In this document: one piece after another, positions 7,807 through 16,251 of the stretch
Layout of the letters: each line of letters begins with the position of its first letter
How positions within the stretch are numbered: position 1 is the stretch's first letter
Virus record (IMG/VR): IMGVR_UViG_3300044299_001914
Span: 1 to 54,742 of that record
Source: a virus
Direction: 5' to 3' (one strand)
DNA: 54,742 nucleotides
Notes under the pieces: generated by a model
Database searches by the model: none
What the model saw: only the letters and a program-made list of their open reading frames with translations
What the model was told of the DNA's origin: nothing
Program-made: the position numbers and the translations under genes

Positions 7807-10373
7807 AATTCAGCTAATATAGCGTCTATATCAACTGCACCACCGTATCTAAAAGCGTTGATACCACGCTTACTTATTGCGTCAAGTAATTCTGGACTAA
7901 ATTTTAGGTAAGTACCGTCAAATTCTGATCCTGTATCCACTGTTTCTAAAACGCCTTTTTCATCTACGCCTAATTCTTTGAGAACTTTTTTTATTTCATC
8001 TGCAGCATCTTGATAATTTTGCATAACACCTACTTTACCTTCACCACCTTCTCTAACTGCTTGATCTTTAATAATACTTACTCCATCAGCATTTTCTTTA
8101 TAAGCTTTCAATATGTTAGCTCTCATGGGTAATATGGTATATCTGTCTCTACCGCCTTTGTAATTTGGGCCTTGAGGCAATCCTTCTGTTTTTGCTGCTA
8201 CTGCTTTTTTCAATATTTTCACACCATCGGCTAATTCTATATCTTTGGTGCCGATATCAACAATATCATCAAAATAAGCTCTGACACGATCCTCTACTCT
8301 GGGGCCTGCGTCAAAGTATTTCTGTCTACCGCCTCGTTGGCCTTCAGTCATAAAAAATATTTCTTCTGGTGATTTATCCAAAGACTCTGCAAGAGGTCTG
8401 CCAGTTATTCTTTCAATATCTCTTGGCTTTATAGAAAACTCAGTTATGCCAAGATCCATAATTTCTTGGTCTAATCCATCTAGTAATTCAATGACTTCAT
8501 CTGGGTCGGGTTCTATACCTCTAAATTTATCTGCTTGAATTTTTTGTACTCTAGCAACTTTTTTGTTGTAATCAGCTAGTTTTTTCATTGTCGCGGCTTG
8601 TTGTTTAGGATCTATGAATCCTGTGCCTGGTTGCACCACAACTTTTTGGTTAAGAACCTCTTCTATTTTTCTTCTTTTAAGTAATTCTTTTATTAACTTC
8701 ATTAGTACTTCATCATCCAATTCCCGTAAATTTTTGTAGCCTTTTGCCATAAGTGTGGCATCAGTAACTTTTGGATCTAATGCTTTAATATCTTTAAATA
8801 TTTGCGCAGCTTTTGGTTTCTTATACCTGCCACCTTGACTTGCAGGCCTAATATAATCTTGTTTCAGAATCAACAAGGTTTCCTCTCTAATACCAGATGG
8901 TATTTCGTAGTCCACATAGCCTTTAGTAAAGTATTCGTAGTTATCACCTAACAAACTTTTTTGTGTTGCCACATCATTATCAAGCAAAGCTTTACGTAGT
9001 TTGGGATTTATCCCATCAACAAAAAACTCATAAAAAGTATCTCCTGTCATCCCACTAGGCATTTGTGTTAAATCTGAGTACCCTAAATCTGTATCTTGTA
9101 AAAAATCTTTTAAAATAGCGGCTAGTGGTCTGTTTCGTGTAGGAGCACCAAGTCTAAGCTGAACTGTTTCATCAATTCTTTTTATCTCGTTTAAGCCACC
9201 AGCATCTTCAAACACTTTCTTAATCTGTTTTCTAGGCTCTCTGTACTTTTTAGCAGCTTCTTTTTGAAAATCACTTTGAATACGAAAAACTTCTTTTATG
9301 TTGTCATTAAGTTGTAAGTCTATATTCTCAAAGGCTTTGTCAATAGAATTTCTTTGTCGTGCAGACAAATCGCCTCTTGCAGTGAAATATCTTGCACCTG
9401 GTTGAGTAATAGCTTCGCCATCAAACACATAGGCACTGTTGCCACGGTGCCCTTTGTCAAATTTGCTCTGGCTGTAATGATCTGGTGTCTTTCGATATTC
9501 GCCTGTACCTCGCATAAAATATACATTCTGCCGTTGATCACCGACATCTACATAAGTTGGTTTTGAGCTTGGATGTTCAAATTCTCCTACAGGTACTCCG
9601 CGAATTTGTAACGATTCCCGTTGTGCTCTTTGCATGTAATCATCTAAAAATTTACGACTTACCGTTTCTTGTCCTTCTGTTTCACTAAGCAGTCTTGTGC
9701 TTGGTGAACCATCGGGATCTATCAGTCGCAATAATTTAAGTTCTCCCTCTGGCAGATTGTCAGCTTTCATAGCGTCAATCCATTCGGTGACTGTTTTTGA
9801 TTGTTCGCTTGATTTCAAAGATCCAATATCAGGTTGATCGTAGCCATTGAGCCATTTACGAGTTTTTGAACCAAGGTTTAGTTGGTTGTAATTGATTGAA
9901 GAACCCAGATAATCTAGTCCACCGCCTGTTCTGTAATCAAGCTCAGCTAAGGGACGTTGTTGGAAAGGCTCAACTTCGGGTAAAGGTGGATCCTTCGGTG
10001 CTGAGGGTTGCAACGACTTGCCAATAGGGGGTTTGGCTTTTGTTGGAGTATCAATTGCTTTTACACCAGATTTTGTTGCACCCCTAGCACCACGAAGGAA
10101 TCTAAATAACGGTATCAAACTTACGCCTGCTAGTGCAGATATGCCTATATTACCCGCTGCGCCTAATCTATCGCCTGCTTCTATGTTGGCTTTGGCTCTA
10201 CGACCAAACTCTCCAACCTCGTAAGCAGCGATTGCATCACCTACGCCAGGAGAGATACTTACAGCTATTTGATCTACAAGAGGCAGTTCTTCAAAGGTAC
10301 GATAGGCTTCACGGATGTTACCTTCAGATATCTTGGTACTAAGATCTGCTAGTGTTTCTTTACGTGCAGCCAT
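7803..10373 (-). CDS. Large protein of unknown function (856 aa), upstream of terminase
   Basis: Long uninterrupted ORF, 4-nt ATGA overlap with terL. No recognised motif. Confidence 0.6.
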   Translation of the reverse strand: MAARKETLADLSTKISEGNIREAYRTFEELPLVDQIAVSISPGVGDAIAAYEVGEFGRRAKANIEAGDRLGAAGNIGISALAGVSLIPLFRFLRGARGATKSGVKAIDTPTKAKPPIGKSLQPSAPKDPPLPEVEPFQQRPLAELDYRTGGGLDYLGSSINYNQLNLGSKTRKWLNGYDQPDIGSLKSSEQSKTVTEWIDAMKADNLPEGELKLLRLIDPDGSPSTRLLSETEGQETVSRKFLDDYMQRAQRESLQIRGVPVGEFEHPSSKPTYVDVGDQRQNVYFMRGTGEYRKTPDHYSQSKFDKGHRGNSAYVFDGEAITQPGARYFTARGDLSARQRNSIDKAFENIDLQLNDNIKEVFRIQSDFQKEAAKKYREPRKQIKKVFEDAGGLNEIKRIDETVQLRLGAPTRNRPLAAILKDFLQDTDLGYSDLTQMPSGMTGDTFYEFFVDGINPKLRKALLDNDVATQKSLLGDNYEYFTKGYVDYEIPSGIREETLLILKQDYIRPASQGGRYKKPKAAQIFKDIKALDPKVTDATLMAKGYKNLRELDDEVLMKLIKELLKRRKIEEVLNQKVVVQPGTGFIDPKQQAATMKKLADYNKKVARVQKIQADKFRGIEPDPDEVIELLDGLDQEIMDLGITEFSIKPRDIERITGRPLAESLDKSPEEIFFMTEGQRGGRQKYFDAGPRVEDRVRAYFDDIVDIGTKDIELADGVKILKKAVAAKTEGLPQGPNYKGGRDRYTILPMRANILKAYKENADGVSIIKDQAVREGGEGKVGVMQNYQDAADEIKKVLKELGVDEKGVLETVDTGSEFDGTYLKFSPELLDAISKRGINAFRYGGAVDIDAILAEL

Positions 10374-10379
10374 GGTAGG

Positions 10380-11366
10380 CTATTGAGATATAGATTCTAG
10401 GATATTGGCTATTTCCATGTCTCTATTAGACATAGGACTAGCCGCTTGATTTCGAATCATGATTTTTTGTTGCTCAAGTTGATCTATTTCATTTACTAAA
10501 TTTTGAGCTCGTAATAATTCATTGTTTCTTACAGCCATTTCGTACTCTCTATATTTATTTTTAATATCGTTTTCGATAGTAAATATTTGAGAAAAAGGTG
10601 GTCGTTCGGCAAATCTAGGTTCGTTGTCCATGCCAGCTGCACCCATAGCTAAGGCTATACCTTTATCTCTGTTAGATAAAGTTGCAGCACCACCCTCAGC
10701 AAATAATAGAGATACAGGTTCTATAGCTCCAGATTCAAGCTCTGGAACGGTAGGTTGACCATACATTTCCATGTTTCTTTGGCGTTCAAGCTCCTCTTGG
10801 TATCCTTGTTGTATCTCCATAAAAAACAATGTTGCAGGCATAGCTGCTTGCTCAACTAGTCCAGAGGCTTCATCTACCGCTTCTGAAATACTTTTGCCCA
10901 TTTTAGCCGCTGCTCTACCTATCTGTTCTGGATCTAGCGACATTCTATTATCTAAACTGTAAGGTTCAGTAAAACCCTCTGTAGCATCATACATACTAGC
11001 TGCACCAATGCCCGCTACTGGACCAGCTACTTTTAGAAGCTTCATCACGTCAGCATCTGTTTTTGGGTCTAAAATACTACGTAAACCACTTCTTTGAAAA
11101 GGTCCTGTTTTTGTTTTATATTGTTCCAAAATTTTATCTATGTTTTTATTAGATCTTTTTACGTATTCAGCGTATTCAGGAGTGTCAAACATACCTTGTG
11201 CTCTAGCTTTTGCTACTGCATCGTCAGCCTCTTTCATTATTCTTGCTTCAGCTAATTCATCCAGCTTGCCAGGAACAATTGGAATATCAGTGCCATAAAT
11301 GTAATCATCTGGATTCTTCCTACCAGTAAGTTTTTGAAAAAGCTTTCTTAAAGCACGTAATTTCAT
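10380..11366 (-). CDS. Hypothetical protein (328 aa)
   Basis: Long ORF in the late operon. No recognised motif. Confidence 0.6.
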   Translation of the reverse strand: MKLRALRKLFQKLTGRKNPDDYIYGTDIPIVPGKLDELAEARIMKEADDAVAKARAQGMFDTPEYAEYVKRSNKNIDKILEQYKTKTGPFQRSGLRSILDPKTDADVMKLLKVAGPVAGIGAASMYDATEGFTEPYSLDNRMSLDPEQIGRAAAKMGKSISEAVDEASGLVEQAAMPATLFFMEIQQGYQEELERQRNMEMYGQPTVPELESGAIEPVSLLFAEGGAATLSNRDKGIALAMGAAGMDNEPRFAERPPFSQIFTIENDIKNKYREYEMAVRNNELLRAQNLVNEIDQLEQQKIMIRNQAASPMSNRDMEIANILESISQ

Positions 11367-11644
11367 TATATGCCGAACATCTCCCTAGCCATTTGTAGCT
11401 CTTCCATAGTAATACCAACTTGCTCTAAAAATGCTTGTATTTCAGCATCTGAGGCACCTTGATCTACCATTTGTTGTAAAATATTTATAATTTGCATGAG
11501 GGCTTGTTTAGCCTCTTCTTGGTCTGATCCAGAGATCTGATCTAATTCTGATTGCATTTGAGCTGGCATTTGCTGACCCATCGGAGTCCCTTGATCGGGC
11601 ATCATTACAGGGTCTACCTGCATATTCATCATATCTTCTTCCAT
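11366..11644 (-). CDS. Small acidic Met/Gln-rich protein (92 aa), first gene of the late operon
   Basis: ORF with a 1-nt overlap to the downstream gene. Preceded by promoter-like element A. Confidence 0.5.
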   Translation of the reverse strand: MEEDMMNMQVDPVMMPDQGTPMGQQMPAQMQSELDQISGSDQEEAKQALMQIINILQQMVDQGASDAEIQAFLEQVGITMEELQMAREMFGI

Positions 11645-11742
11645 TCGGTACCTCGTAGATAAAATCTGATATTAACATAAAAACAAAGACGATGACTAGC
11701 ATTGTGCTACAAATGTATTTTGTTTGTGTTCGTTATTAAGCT

Positions 11743-11810
11743 TGTGTGTGTATATACTGCGTAGCACGATTTTTGTCCCCCCCCTTACTTTTTGTAATCT
11801 TACCGACCGA
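11743..11810 (-). promoter_or_regulatory. Composite intergenic element A (TGTGTGTGT-ATATAC on + strand; C8 run; CCGACCGA), promoter-like for the late operon
   Basis: The minus strand reads GGGGGGGGACA-17nt-TATATA-CACACACA about 100 nt upstream of the 11644 start. Related to elements at 12425, 13072, 13384 and 16181. Confidence 0.4.
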
Positions 11811-11840
11811 AAATATGTGATCTAAAAGAATCCTAAGCAT

Positions 11841-11864
11841 AAAAAAAGGGACAATTAAGTCCCT
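11841..11864 (-). terminator. Rho-independent terminator (minus strand)
   Basis: The minus strand reads AGGGAC-ttaatt-GTCCCT followed by T7, directly after the stop of ORF 11885..12058. Confidence 0.65.
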
Positions 11865-11884
11865 TCTTTTCTCCGATTATGTGG

Positions 11885-12058
11885 TTAAGGTTTGCCGAAA
11901 TTATCTATGTAATTCTGTAAGCCTTCTCTATCTATGATCTCAACTGTTGTATAGTTTCCATCATCATCTTTATTAATTTTGATAAATCCTAAAGATTCTA
12001 AGTCTTTAATTGATTGAATAAATAAAGGATTATCTTTTAAGTTATTTATGTTCAACAT
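11885..12058 (-). CDS. Small hypothetical protein (57 aa; below the ORF-track cutoff)
   Basis: Hand translation gives MLNINNLKDNPLFIQSIKDLESLGFIKINKDDDGNYTTVEIIDREGLQNYIDNFGKP. TAATG coupling to the upstream gene; followed by a terminator. Confidence 0.5.
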   Translation of the reverse strand: MLNINNLKDNPLFIQSIKDLESLGFIKINKDDDGNYTTVEIIDREGLQNYIDNFGKP

Positions 12059-12261
12059 TAATTGATCTCATTAGGATTAGGCAATTGAACGACATTGTCA
12101 CCTTCTGCATCTTGCAAGTTCAATAACTCTCTCATCTCACCATGAATACCACCATTCGAAATAACAGTTTGTCCATTGATTACAAGATGGTCAAGATTAG
12201 GTTCAACAATACCTAACGGAATTGAAACATCATCTATTATTATTTGTGCAAACATTTTCAT
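12058..12261 (-). CDS. Hypothetical protein (67 aa)
   Basis: ORF preceded by a strong AGGAGG Shine-Dalgarno (minus strand reads aaggaggtctatATG). Confidence 0.6.
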   Translation of the reverse strand: MKMFAQIIIDDVSIPLGIVEPNLDHLVINGQTVISNGGIHGEMRELLNLQDAEGDNVVQLPNPNEIN

Positions 12262-12424
12262 ATAGACCTCCTTATTGATCTAATAGTTAAAGAATCTATT
12301 GTACCATGAAATGGATACATATTGTCTACTTTTTTTATTAATGTTTTTTTTGATCTAGACGAATTGGAGTGAAAACCTGGACAGCGGCCTAAGACACTGG
12401 CGTTTTTTTCCAGGTGCGGCTTTT

Positions 12425-12493
12425 TGTGTGTGTAAGTGCTTGTATGCGTTGGCAGTCCGACCCGACCCGATAAACTCACGCCCGACCCGACAT
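12425..12493 (-). promoter_or_regulatory. Composite intergenic element D (TGTGTGTGT ... TCCGACCCGACCCGAT ... GCCCGACCCGACAT)
   Basis: GC-rich CCCGAC repeats in an AT-rich genome, same orientation and order as elements A, B and C. Lies upstream (minus sense) of gene 12058..12261. Confidence 0.4.
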
Positions 12494-12545
12494 AAGGAAC
12501 ACCAACACATACAAAGCGATTGTAATAATAAAGAGTGTGTCCAAG

Positions 12546-12809
12546 CTAGCACTCTAAATACTGTAACTCGCTTTCTCCTTTTGGCAACAAAGCACGCTTT
12601 ATACATTTGTTATCTACATAAAAGCGGTATTCTCTATCTCCATTATCTAGTTCTTTGTGTGTTGTCCTATGGTTTAGGAAGTGGTGAGAGTTTCGGCCAC
12701 TCGTCCCAACTCTAACCTCAACCTCGCCACGCTCTCGCACTCCGTAAGATTTACTTCCGGAATATATACAAGCTGTTATATTGTTCCATATTGGATAAGA
12801 TCTACTCAT
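12546..12809 (-). CDS. Hypothetical protein (87 aa)
   Basis: ORF with an ATGA overlap to the upstream small gene. Composition is protein-like, unlike the overlapping ORFs in the repeat region. Confidence 0.55.
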   Translation of the reverse strand: MSRSYPIWNNITACIYSGSKSYGVRERGEVEVRVGTSGRNSHHFLNHRTTHKELDNGDREYRFYVDNKCIKRALLPKGESELQYLEC

Positions 12810-12946
12810 TTTGACCCCCTCTTCAATTCTTGCTTAGCTTCTTCAATTACTGATTTATTTTCTGGATTGTAATTAATCAAAAGATCAGCTACTGATTTAT
12901 TCTTTGTTGCTATTTTGAGAATAGCTTCATTTACTCGTTTGTTCAT
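12806..12946 (-). CDS. Small hypothetical protein (46 aa from the internal Met; the ORF extends to 12991)
   Basis: MNKRVNEAILK... is preceded by GGAGA (minus strand reads gtaggagaaataATG). ATGA coupling to the next gene. Confidence 0.45.
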   Translation of the reverse strand: MNKRVNEAILKIATKNKSVADLLINYNPENKSVIEEAKQELKRGSK

Positions 12947-13071
12947 TATTTCTCCTACTATTAAAAGATCTATTATAGCAGGTGGATACAAAATGTCAAC
13001 CTGCTTTTATTTGGTGATCTTAGACGGATGCAGTGCCAGAGGCGGCCCTGGATCTATTATTGTGTTTCGTT

Positions 13072-13124
13072 TGTGTGTGTTTATCTACGCAGTAGCAAAG
13101 AAACCCGACTCCCGACCCCCGACA
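13072..13124 (-). promoter_or_regulatory. Composite intergenic element B (TGTGTGTGT-TTATCTACGCAGTAGCA ... CCCGACTCCCGACCCCCGAC)
   Basis: The minus strand reads GTCGGGGGTCGGGAGTCGGG-16nt-TAGATA-AACACACACA, upstream of gene 12806..12946. Confidence 0.4.
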
Positions 13125-13151
13125 TAAAAAAGCCCGACATTGATCGGGCTT
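13124..13151 (-). terminator. Rho-independent terminator (minus strand)
   Basis: 8-bp stem AAGCCCGA/TCGGGCTT with a 6-nt loop, followed on the minus strand by TTTTTT. Confidence 0.55.
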
Positions 13152-13383
13152 AGATGTTCGGGACACTACGCAACTTTTCTTTGTGCTTTCGCTGTTAGTA
13201 TCAATCCTAGAGATTAAGTTTTATTATTTTATTCTATTGTATTTATATAGACTCTTTAACTTAATGTCTTAATATCTATTCTACTACATAATGGATACAA
13301 AAAGCAACTCTTTTTTTCATTAATGCTCGATCCGTTTGCCTGACCCCGCTGGCAAAATCTGGCATATGTGATGTGTGTTAAAC

Positions 13384-13446
13384 TGTGTGTGTATATAGCT
13401 AAAACCAGAGACAATCCCGACATCCCGACACCCCGACCCGACCCGA
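13384..13446 (-). promoter_or_regulatory. Composite intergenic element C (TGTGTGTGT-ATATAGC ... five CCCGA(C/T) units)
   Basis: The minus strand reads ATCGGGTCGGGTCGGGGTGTCGGGATGTCGGGA-17nt-TATATA-CACACACA, pointing toward the ORF-free stretch that ends at terminator 13124..13151. Confidence 0.4.
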
Positions 13447-13585
13447 TTGATTATAGGGCTTTTTTCGTGCTTTTATTTTGCGAAGGGCGACTTGGTGAGG
13501 GGGTAGATGCGATTTATCCTCAAAATACCATCATATAAATATTCATTACTGTAAAAAATAGATACAAATAGTTTACTAATATATC

Positions 13586-13613
13586 TTGACATATTGGATA
13601 CAAATAGTAAAAT
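13586..13613 (+). promoter_or_regulatory. Sigma70-like early promoter (TTGACA-16-TAAAAT)
   Basis: TTGACA at 13586-13591 and TAAAAT at 13608-13613, about 40 nt upstream of the first plus-strand gene. The spacer carries a GATACAAATAGT repeat. Confidence 0.55.
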
Positions 13614-13650
13614 TAAGACTTAGTTATCACATTTAATAAACGGAGGAAAT

Positions 13651-14076
13651 ATGGCAACTAGATCAAATATAGCTTATGAACAAGCTGACGGAAAAGTTAT
13701 AGTCACTTACTGCCACTATGACGGATATCCAGAATACAACGGCAGAATCATTAATAAACACTACAACAACAAAGCTAAAGCAAAAGAGTTAGCTAATGTT
13801 GGTTATCTAAGTGGACTTAAATCAACTATTGCTGAGTCAATAGAAGATAGAGTGCATCAAGATAAACCTAAAGTGTATGACAACATCAGACAGTATTTGA
13901 ATGATGTAAATTGGGATATTGAGTATGCATATCTGTATAGCAATGAGCAATGGTATATCTTAGACGATATGATGAAAGTAGATGATGATTACAAGATCAT
14001 AGATCAAAACTTCAAACCAACACAGTTCAAACCTTTATGGTCTGTTCTGGCACGATTAGAGAGAGTATCAGCATGA
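13651..14076 (+). CDS. Early protein of unknown function (141 aa)
   Basis: ORF with a GGAGG RBS (aacggaggaaatATG). The motif YCHYDGYPEYNG recalls a widespread uncharacterised phage family. Confidence 0.65.
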   Translation: MATRSNIAYEQADGKVIVTYCHYDGYPEYNGRIINKHYNNKAKAKELANVGYLSGLKSTIAESIEDRVHQDKPKVYDNIRQYLNDVNWDIEYAYLYSNEQWYILDDMMKVDDDYKIIDQNFKPTQFKPLWSVLARLERVSA

Positions 14077-14330
14077 TTAGGAAGTTTGAACAAGACGCAA
14101 TAGTCAATGAACTCATGATTGGAATACATGAGACTATTGATAAAACCATGAAAAGAGCAAAACGCAATAAGGACATTAAGACAATGGAGAAAGTTGCAAA
14201 TTGGTACAAAAACATGGAGACAACCAAGAACACCATCACGGATAAACTTGCAGTAGCTTTATTAGACAAAGCTAATCAAGGCAGAATAGAACAAGTATTA
14301 ACCCAGATCATGAAAGAGTTAGAGGTATAA
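14073..14330 (+). CDS. Early hypothetical protein (85 aa from the ATGA-coupled start; the ORF opens at 14037)
   Basis: The ATG at 14073 overlaps the upstream TGA stop (ATGA). Confidence 0.55.
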   Translation: MIRKFEQDAIVNELMIGIHETIDKTMKRAKRNKDIKTMEKVANWYKNMETTKNTITDKLAVALLDKANQGRIEQVLTQIMKELEV

Positions 14331-14332
14331 CA

Positions 14333-14467
14333 ATGGATAAATGTAATCTATGCAAAAAACAAGTAGATGAAAGATCAACGCAAGATCAAGCAGGTTATTC
14401 GTTATGCCTTACTTGTAGTAATCAATACACAGACGAAGAATTAGTTGAAATTATGGAGAATCAATAA
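14333..14467 (+). CDS. Small zinc-ribbon-like protein (44 aa; below the ORF-track cutoff)
   Basis: Hand translation gives MDKCNLCKKQVDERSTQDQAGYSLCLTCSNQYTDEELVEIMENQ with CxxC...CxxC. Tightly packed between neighbours. Confidence 0.45.
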   Translation: MDKCNLCKKQVDERSTQDQAGYSLCLTCSNQYTDEELVEIMENQ

Positions 14468-14586
14468 TGAAACCAACAGACGCAGAAAATACTATTAAAA
14501 AGCTTAAATATCCAAAACACTTACGCCATTTATCTTTAAAACGCTTAAAGATTCTGGCAAAGGTTTTTGCACCGAAAGGAGGGTGA
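14467..14586 (+). CDS. Small basic protein (39 aa; below the ORF-track cutoff)
   Basis: Hand translation gives MKPTDAENTIKKLKYPKHLRHLSLKRLKILAKVFAPKGG. TAATG coupling upstream; its stop abuts the next ATG. Confidence 0.35.
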   Translation: MKPTDAENTIKKLKYPKHLRHLSLKRLKILAKVFAPKGG

Positions 14587-14799
14587 ATGATGCAAATTAA
14601 AACGCCAAGAATACAAATTAATGAAGTCAAAGATTGGCTTGATACTTTTGACGGCAATGATGCAACAGTAATTTTAGCTGCGATTGCGAACAATGAACTT
14701 AAAACCGAAGAAATGATTGATAGCATCTTAGCTTTTGCTGAAGGAGAAAATAACATAGCAAAATTTTGGTATGAACAAATGTGGAGGAAAGAAGAATGA
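14587..14799 (+). CDS. Early hypothetical protein (70 aa)
   Basis: ORF preceded by GGAGGG; abuts the previous stop. Confidence 0.55.
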   Translation: MMQIKTPRIQINEVKDWLDTFDGNDATVILAAIANNELKTEEMIDSILAFAEGENNIAKFWYEQMWRKEE

Positions 14800-15020
14800 G
14801 CAAACCAATAACAAAATCCAAATATAAAGTGTATACAAGTTGGATTGGCTATTCTGAAATAGTAGTTGAAGCTAAATCAAAAGAAAAAGCTAGAGAAATA
14901 GTTGATGAAGGAAGCTACGATCCTAGTAATGAAAAATTTACATTTAATGGCTTGGATTATGGTGGAGAAGAAGAAGAAATTTATGATGTAGAGGAGATAA
15001 ATGATGTCAACCTATTATAG
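14796..15020 (+). CDS. Early hypothetical acidic protein (74 aa from the ATGA-coupled start)
   Basis: The ATG at 14796 overlaps the upstream TGA. Confidence 0.55.
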   Translation: MSKPITKSKYKVYTSWIGYSEIVVEAKSKEKAREIVDEGSYDPSNEKFTFNGLDYGGEEEEIYDVEEINDVNLL

Positions 15021-15345
15021 ACCAAGCAAACCAATACGACTTGACGACATTAAGAACAATGAAGTCTTACAAGAGATTGGATTCGAGATAACAAATTTGA
15101 AAGACAAGAAATACTTTTGTCATGAAGGAAACTATATACATTTTGAACTGAACGATAACAATGAAGTTATAGATCTATTTCGTTATGGTGGCAATGACGC
15201 AGATGCAATCCTTATACCATTAGAGCAAATGTTCAAAGTAGAATTCATATCGGAGTATGATCTTGGTTATGACGATCTGGCACACGCAGACACTTCTGTC
15301 CGTAGATTTCATATCAAAGACGGACAAATTCATTTTCAAGAATGA
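15001..15345 (+). CDS. Early hypothetical protein (114 aa)
   Basis: ORF preceded by GAGGAG. Confidence 0.55.
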   Translation: MMSTYYRPSKPIRLDDIKNNEVLQEIGFEITNLKDKKYFCHEGNYIHFELNDNNEVIDLFRYGGNDADAILIPLEQMFKVEFISEYDLGYDDLAHADTSVRRFHIKDGQIHFQE

Positions 15346-15415
15346 TTGATACATGGTTTTATATAACCATAGCTATCTATGTATTGATTTACCTATGTTC
15401 TGATAGGCCAGATGT

Positions 15416-15613
15416 GTGATTAAGTTAGACATTGAGATAGTTGACTTCGATCCCACACTTTACGACCTAGAACGCTACAAAAATATCCATTTTAGCCCTT
15501 TTAAGGTGGGTTTTCTTGTTTATAGAGACAACAAACTCATACACACAGCTTGGTTTACTTCAGAAACTGCACTATTTAAAGGTTTAGATAGCTATTTAGA
15601 CTCTTTTGATTGA
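15416..15613 (+). CDS. Hypothetical protein (65 aa, GTG start)
   Basis: ORF at the end of the early block. Its 3' end converges on and overlaps terS by 22 nt. Confidence 0.4.
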   Translation: MIKLDIEIVDFDPTLYDLERYKNIHFSPFKVGFLVYRDNKLIHTAWFTSETALFKGLDSYLDSFD

Positions 15614-16155
15614 TCTTTTACTTCTTTCAAGAGTTTGCCAGGACCCTTTTTGTTTTCAATATTAGCTTCAACTATATTTCCCATAAGTTGTTCTAACCTG
15701 GCTTCAACTTCTTCCCGACTCATTTGATCTACTTTACCAAACTTAACTTCCTTCCGATCTACAATAAGGCCCCCGACTTTCAATAACGAGTTCTGGGCCG
15801 AGATTGCAGCGTTAAATGACCCAGCTTCCATTGCTTTATCTCTTATGTCGTATAAATCTTGTACCGCCCGATCATAATTTAATTCATACTTCTTTTTAGC
15901 CTGATTCATCAAATAGTTATACTCTTGCCTAATCAAGGGCTTGTCCATTAACTTATTGGCCGCTTGACGAGGATCCTTATACCCAGCTTTATAGGCACAT
16001 TCTACTAACGATAACCGAGGATTATTAACTGCGATCCAAATAAAATTTCTCTGTCTACGATTTAGTTTCGTATCCAGATTGCAGTATTCTATTGGCGCTT
16101 CTTCGTCAGACGACAGGATTGGTTCATATTCTAGTTTATTTTTTCTATGTCCCAT
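15592..16155 (-). CDS. Terminase small subunit (Terminase_2 / P27-like)
   Basis: LNRRQRNFIWIAVNNPRLSLVECAYKAGYKDPRQAANKLMDKPLIRQEY matches the HTH signature of Terminase_2-type small subunits. Confidence 0.75.
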   Translation of the reverse strand: MGHRKNKLEYEPILSSDEEAPIEYCNLDTKLNRRQRNFIWIAVNNPRLSLVECAYKAGYKDPRQAANKLMDKPLIRQEYNYLMNQAKKKYELNYDRAVQDLYDIRDKAMEAGSFNAAISAQNSLLKVGGLIVDRKEVKFGKVDQMSREEVEARLEQLMGNIVEANIENKKGPGKLLKEVKDQSKESK

Positions 16156-16180
16156 GTTTGTTTCGCACTAGAGCTATATT

Positions 16181-16208
16181 TATATACTAGCTACCCCCAC
16201 TTAACCCC
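16181..16208 (-). promoter_or_regulatory. Weaker relative (E) of the composite elements, upstream of terS
   Basis: The minus strand reads GGGG-ttaagtGGGGGtagctag-TATATA, 26 nt upstream of the terS start. Confidence 0.3.
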
Positions 16209-16221
16209 ATAGTGTTTTGAA

Positions 16222-16251
16222 AGCATACTTGAAGATCTATGACCTGGTCAA
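16222..16251 (-). promoter_or_regulatory. Possible sigma70-like promoter for terS (TTGACC-18-TATGCT)
   Basis: Hexamers read on the minus strand within the 228-nt gap upstream of terS. Confidence 0.3.

Noticed and set aside
11777-11784. C8 homopolymer as a phase-variable tract
   Set aside because: It is intergenic and forms part of promoter-like element A. Nothing in a single sequence suggests length variation or a coding consequence.
12258-13127. ORFs 12258..12479, 12355..12606, 12428..12715, 12681..12872 and 12915..13127 in the repeat-rich region
   Set aside because: They overlap one another and the CCCGAC/TGTGTG elements, have odd Cys/Arg/His-rich composition and no RBS. The region is better explained as regulatory DNA plus two short coupled genes (12546..12809 and 12806..12946).
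12456-13446. Whether the CCCGAC repeats form a CRISPR array
   Set aside because: The units are only 5-7 nt and directly abutting or irregularly spaced. There are no ~30-nt spacers and no cas genes, so this is not a CRISPR architecture.
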